From: Balanoglossus misakiensis
Lineage: Eukaryota > Animalia > Hemichordata
Assembly (NCBI GenBank): GCA_040954595.2
Contig: CM082585.2
Span: forward strand, 4,551,358 to 4,615,357
Length of the DNA stretch: 64,000 nt
Reading direction: 5' to 3'
Part shown: positions 61,421 through 64,000 of the stretch, one piece after another
Layout of the letters: each line of letters opens with the position of its first letter
Numbering within the stretch: position 1 is the stretch's first letter
Program-made: the position numbers and the translations under genes
Notes under the pieces: generated by a model
Database searches by the model: none
What the model was told of the DNA's origin: nothing
The model's input: only the letters and a program-made list of their open reading frames with translations

Positions 61421-63850
61421 ATGGCGGAAACTAAATTGCTGCAGACTATATTGTGGCCGTGGACAACTGGAAACCGAATGGACGCCACACCGATTTGCAA
61501 CCGCTTGACAAGTGCTGGTATGTATCTTTTTCCACATCTGTTCCTGCTGAGTTCGAAAGATAATGGTTTGCAGTAATTCGGTGACATTCGATCACTTTTT
61601 TCGATAGTTCAATTAGTTGCTGCTGTTCCGTAACTCTACCACTCCTCCCCCCCCAAAAGAAACACCCTACAGCATCGCTGATCGTGAAAGAACACTAATT
61701 GTGACAAAAAGCTATACATCTCCTAACATCATATGCAATTTGGAGAACACTTGGATTTGGTTTAATGTTTGTACACACCAAATTACGCACATGTACATAA
61801 GCTTAAGACGATCATCAGCTTGTTAATTAAGCAATAACCCCCGCCGCAGGCGGGTATACACGAGATTTGGGTACAATTCGAGACATATAGCACGAGCCGT
61901 CAGGCGAGTGCTATATGGAGCGAATTGTACCCAAATCGAGTGTATACCCGACTGAGGCGGGGGTTATTGCTATTATATTATATCAACAACTGTTTTGTGG
62001 CATATCAGTGTCATTTTCTTACCGAAACGGCGTCAGAAAGAGAAATTACGATCGTGAACCAAAATGGCGACGACGAATGTAAACACGCGCGGCCGGGATC
62101 GAGCATTAAACATGCAGCAGACGACAAAAAGTGACAAGACGGGCATCGCGCGTGGCAAAGCGATAAATATATCCACAGAGCAGTTCCAAAATAAAACGTC
62201 CGTTAATTCAACAGTACAGTGGAACGCCGATTATCCGAACCTGTTGGGCGGGTTAGATTTTGTTCGGATAATTGATTGTTCGGATAATTGATTTTGGCAC
62301 GTCCGAACAAAGGAAATTGACCACACCATTGGGGCATGCGTATGTTACGATGTTTCCCACATGCACATGCATTTTCCATGCACTCACAAAAAGAAGTTAA
62401 TAAAACAATAAAACACAATTCGTCTTCTTTTATATAAAAAAAATACATATATTAAGAGTTCAAAAGGTTAAGAAAGAAAAAAAGACGAAGTCAAAGCTGC
62501 AATGTTCTGATCCGTTCAACATCGTATGTGGCCGGTCATCGTACCAAACCATGAACGTGCGTAGGCCTTCCATGGCCTCGGTAGATTTCGCTAGAGCTGG
62601 TGTCTCGTTCTCTTTATCGTCCTAATTTTTCATGCCATGAGTTTATTTCTGAGAAACAAAGTCGATGATTTCATCATACGTTAATGTTTCGAAGCTGTCA
62701 TAGTTCTCGCTAGTCTCCAAATCTTCGATGTCAGTGACATTCAAACCGCGCTAAACAAGCTCTCCGCACGAGGTCACTTCCGCAAGTGACGTCTTGGCTG
62801 TCATTCATATCGGCGCTGCCATGGTCACCGACCGCGACCCGACACGCCTTCACTGTGTCGCGGAATGAAGTCCACGCGTTTGAAAAGCCGTGTCTTTGAT
62901 GTTGACACCCCGGACGATCTCCGCCGTCTGCTCGCACGAGTCGAAGACGGGCGATCTCATCCAACCCATGGCTTTCATTTGTATTATCAACGACAGTGCT
63001 AAGCTTATTTCGGCGATAAATCTACTTCACACTATCAAAAAATTGACCAAAGCCGTGCCGACGCGACAAGTGATTTTGCGTGTTTTACACTTGAGTGTGA
63101 AATCCCAGTGTCGAATGTTACGATACCCGAAAGTGTGGCACTCTGTTGTCGTAAAATGATTGAAATATTCAATGATAAAGACGTTTTTAACACGTCCCAC
63201 CGCCCTTTACAACAGAAACAATAAGAACTGACCAAAGAAAACTGCCCGAAATGTCAGTTTTCCTGCGGAAATGTCACAGACTGCCGAGAAAACAGGTGCT
63301 TGGCATGGCTAATTAAAGGTTCAGGGACCGTACCCGGGACCGTACCAAAGCGTTCGGATAATCCGAAATTCGGATAATCGGCGTTCGGATAATCGGCGTT
63401 CCACTGTATTTTGTTTTATTTATTTGGTTTAAACACGCGCGACTGTGGTTTAACCGCACATTTTTGCTGCCGAATGCTAGTTCAGGGGCCCGTTTTACCA
63501 CTGCTAGCCATGGTAAAACAGTATTTTACCATCGCTGGATTCAGCTCTCGTCCAATCAGAATCACAGACGGTAGCATGATATAATATAATATTCAACAAA
63601 TGAATTTTGCAGGTTCTTTCCTTGATGTGTATGTCCTCAACCAGTGTGTGTGTGTGTGGCAAAAACATGTAAACATAACATACCAGCAGACAGATTATGA
63701 ATGAATGTTCATGCCTTATTTTTCCAGAATGTTCAGAGGTGTACAGACTGTACAGAAATTCAAATAAGTTACATGAACTTGGCAGGCTATTGGAAGCATT
63801 AAATAGCAAACTTAGGCATAAAGTTGAAGCTGGTGCTGAATCCTTTGATG
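61421..63850 (+). CDS. Zinc-finger gene copy 8, partial (exons 61421-61517 and 63728-63850; exon 3 outside the window)
   Basis: Intact 97-nt and 123-nt exons with conserved splice sites. Confidence 0.75.
61826..63588. mobile_element. Asymmetric hairpin element with nested MITE
   Basis: Absent at sister sites TGTTAATATTC. Palindrome AGCAATAACCCCCGCC...GGCGGGGGTTATTGCT, then TATATTATATCA/TGATATAATATA pair. Confidence 0.7.
62217..63406. mobile_element. 1.19-kb non-autonomous Tc1/mariner-pogo-like element, TA TSD
   Basis: TA|CAGTGGAACGCCGATTATCCGAAC...GTTCGGATAATCGGCGTTCCACTG|TA; subterminal TTCGGATAAT repeats. Confidence 0.88.
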
Positions 63851-64000
63851 GTAAGTAAGCATCAAGTCTTACTGTTACAATGGCAGTATATAGCTTAGAC
63901 CTCCATGCTGGTACATATCACTCATCATTTAGTTTCTATCCTGCTGTTTCTTGTCTCTGCAAAGAAAGGTGGCGCATACGAAATTATTCTTTCCAATAAT

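Larger units (their letters stand above)
1..64000 (+). repeat. Tandem segmental array of a ~6-7 kb zinc-finger gene unit (about 8 copies, enlarged by TE insertions)
   Basis: The same landmarks recur in order: CACGTGGAAAGTCTGAC, CCGCCAGGTGGCGC, AAAATGGCGG, exon 2, ZF exon, TTAA MITE. Start ATGs are at 490, 6779, 14092, 21167, 27355, 32871, 49429, 60716 (disrupted) and 61421. Confidence 0.97.

Noticed and set aside
1-64000. The unit itself as an autonomous mobile element (Helitron, Zisupton or LTR type)
   Set aside because: No transposase, Rep/helicase, integrase, TIR, LTR or TSD belongs to the core unit; tandem unequal crossover explains it.

Overview
Eukaryotic (animal, probably marine invertebrate; species not determinable) DNA made entirely of a head-to-tail tandem array of a ~6-7 kb unit, with 7 near-complete copies, an 8th running off the right edge and two collapsed partial units. 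Each unit holds the same 3-exon C2H2 zinc-finger gene, which the ORF track misses in part. Exon 1 is 97 nt from AAAATGGCG and exon 2 is 123 nt; both introns are GT-AG, phase 1. Exon 3 carries an 84-bp minisatellite-like finger array. The spliced product has a ~100-aa N-terminal region that I cannot assign to KRAB, SCAN, BTB, ZAD or SET. It is followed by 0-16 intact fingers whose scaffold is nearly identical, while the DNA-contact residues (-1, +3, +6) differ within and between copies, as in PRDM9 and KRAB-ZNF arrays. Each promoter has a CTCF-like motif, a DR1 and a YY1-type start context. About 26 distinct transposon insertions interrupt the units, most delimited by TIR/TSD and by empty sites in sister units. 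They include an intact Tx1/L1-clade LINE, a 5'-truncated LINE, an intact Tc1-like element with unusual DD42E spacing, a deleted piggyBac, and many MITEs (TTAA, TA, 5/6-, 7- and 9-bp TSD classes, plus asymmetric hairpin elements). Gene models, TE superfamily names and functions are inferred by eye, without searches or expression data.
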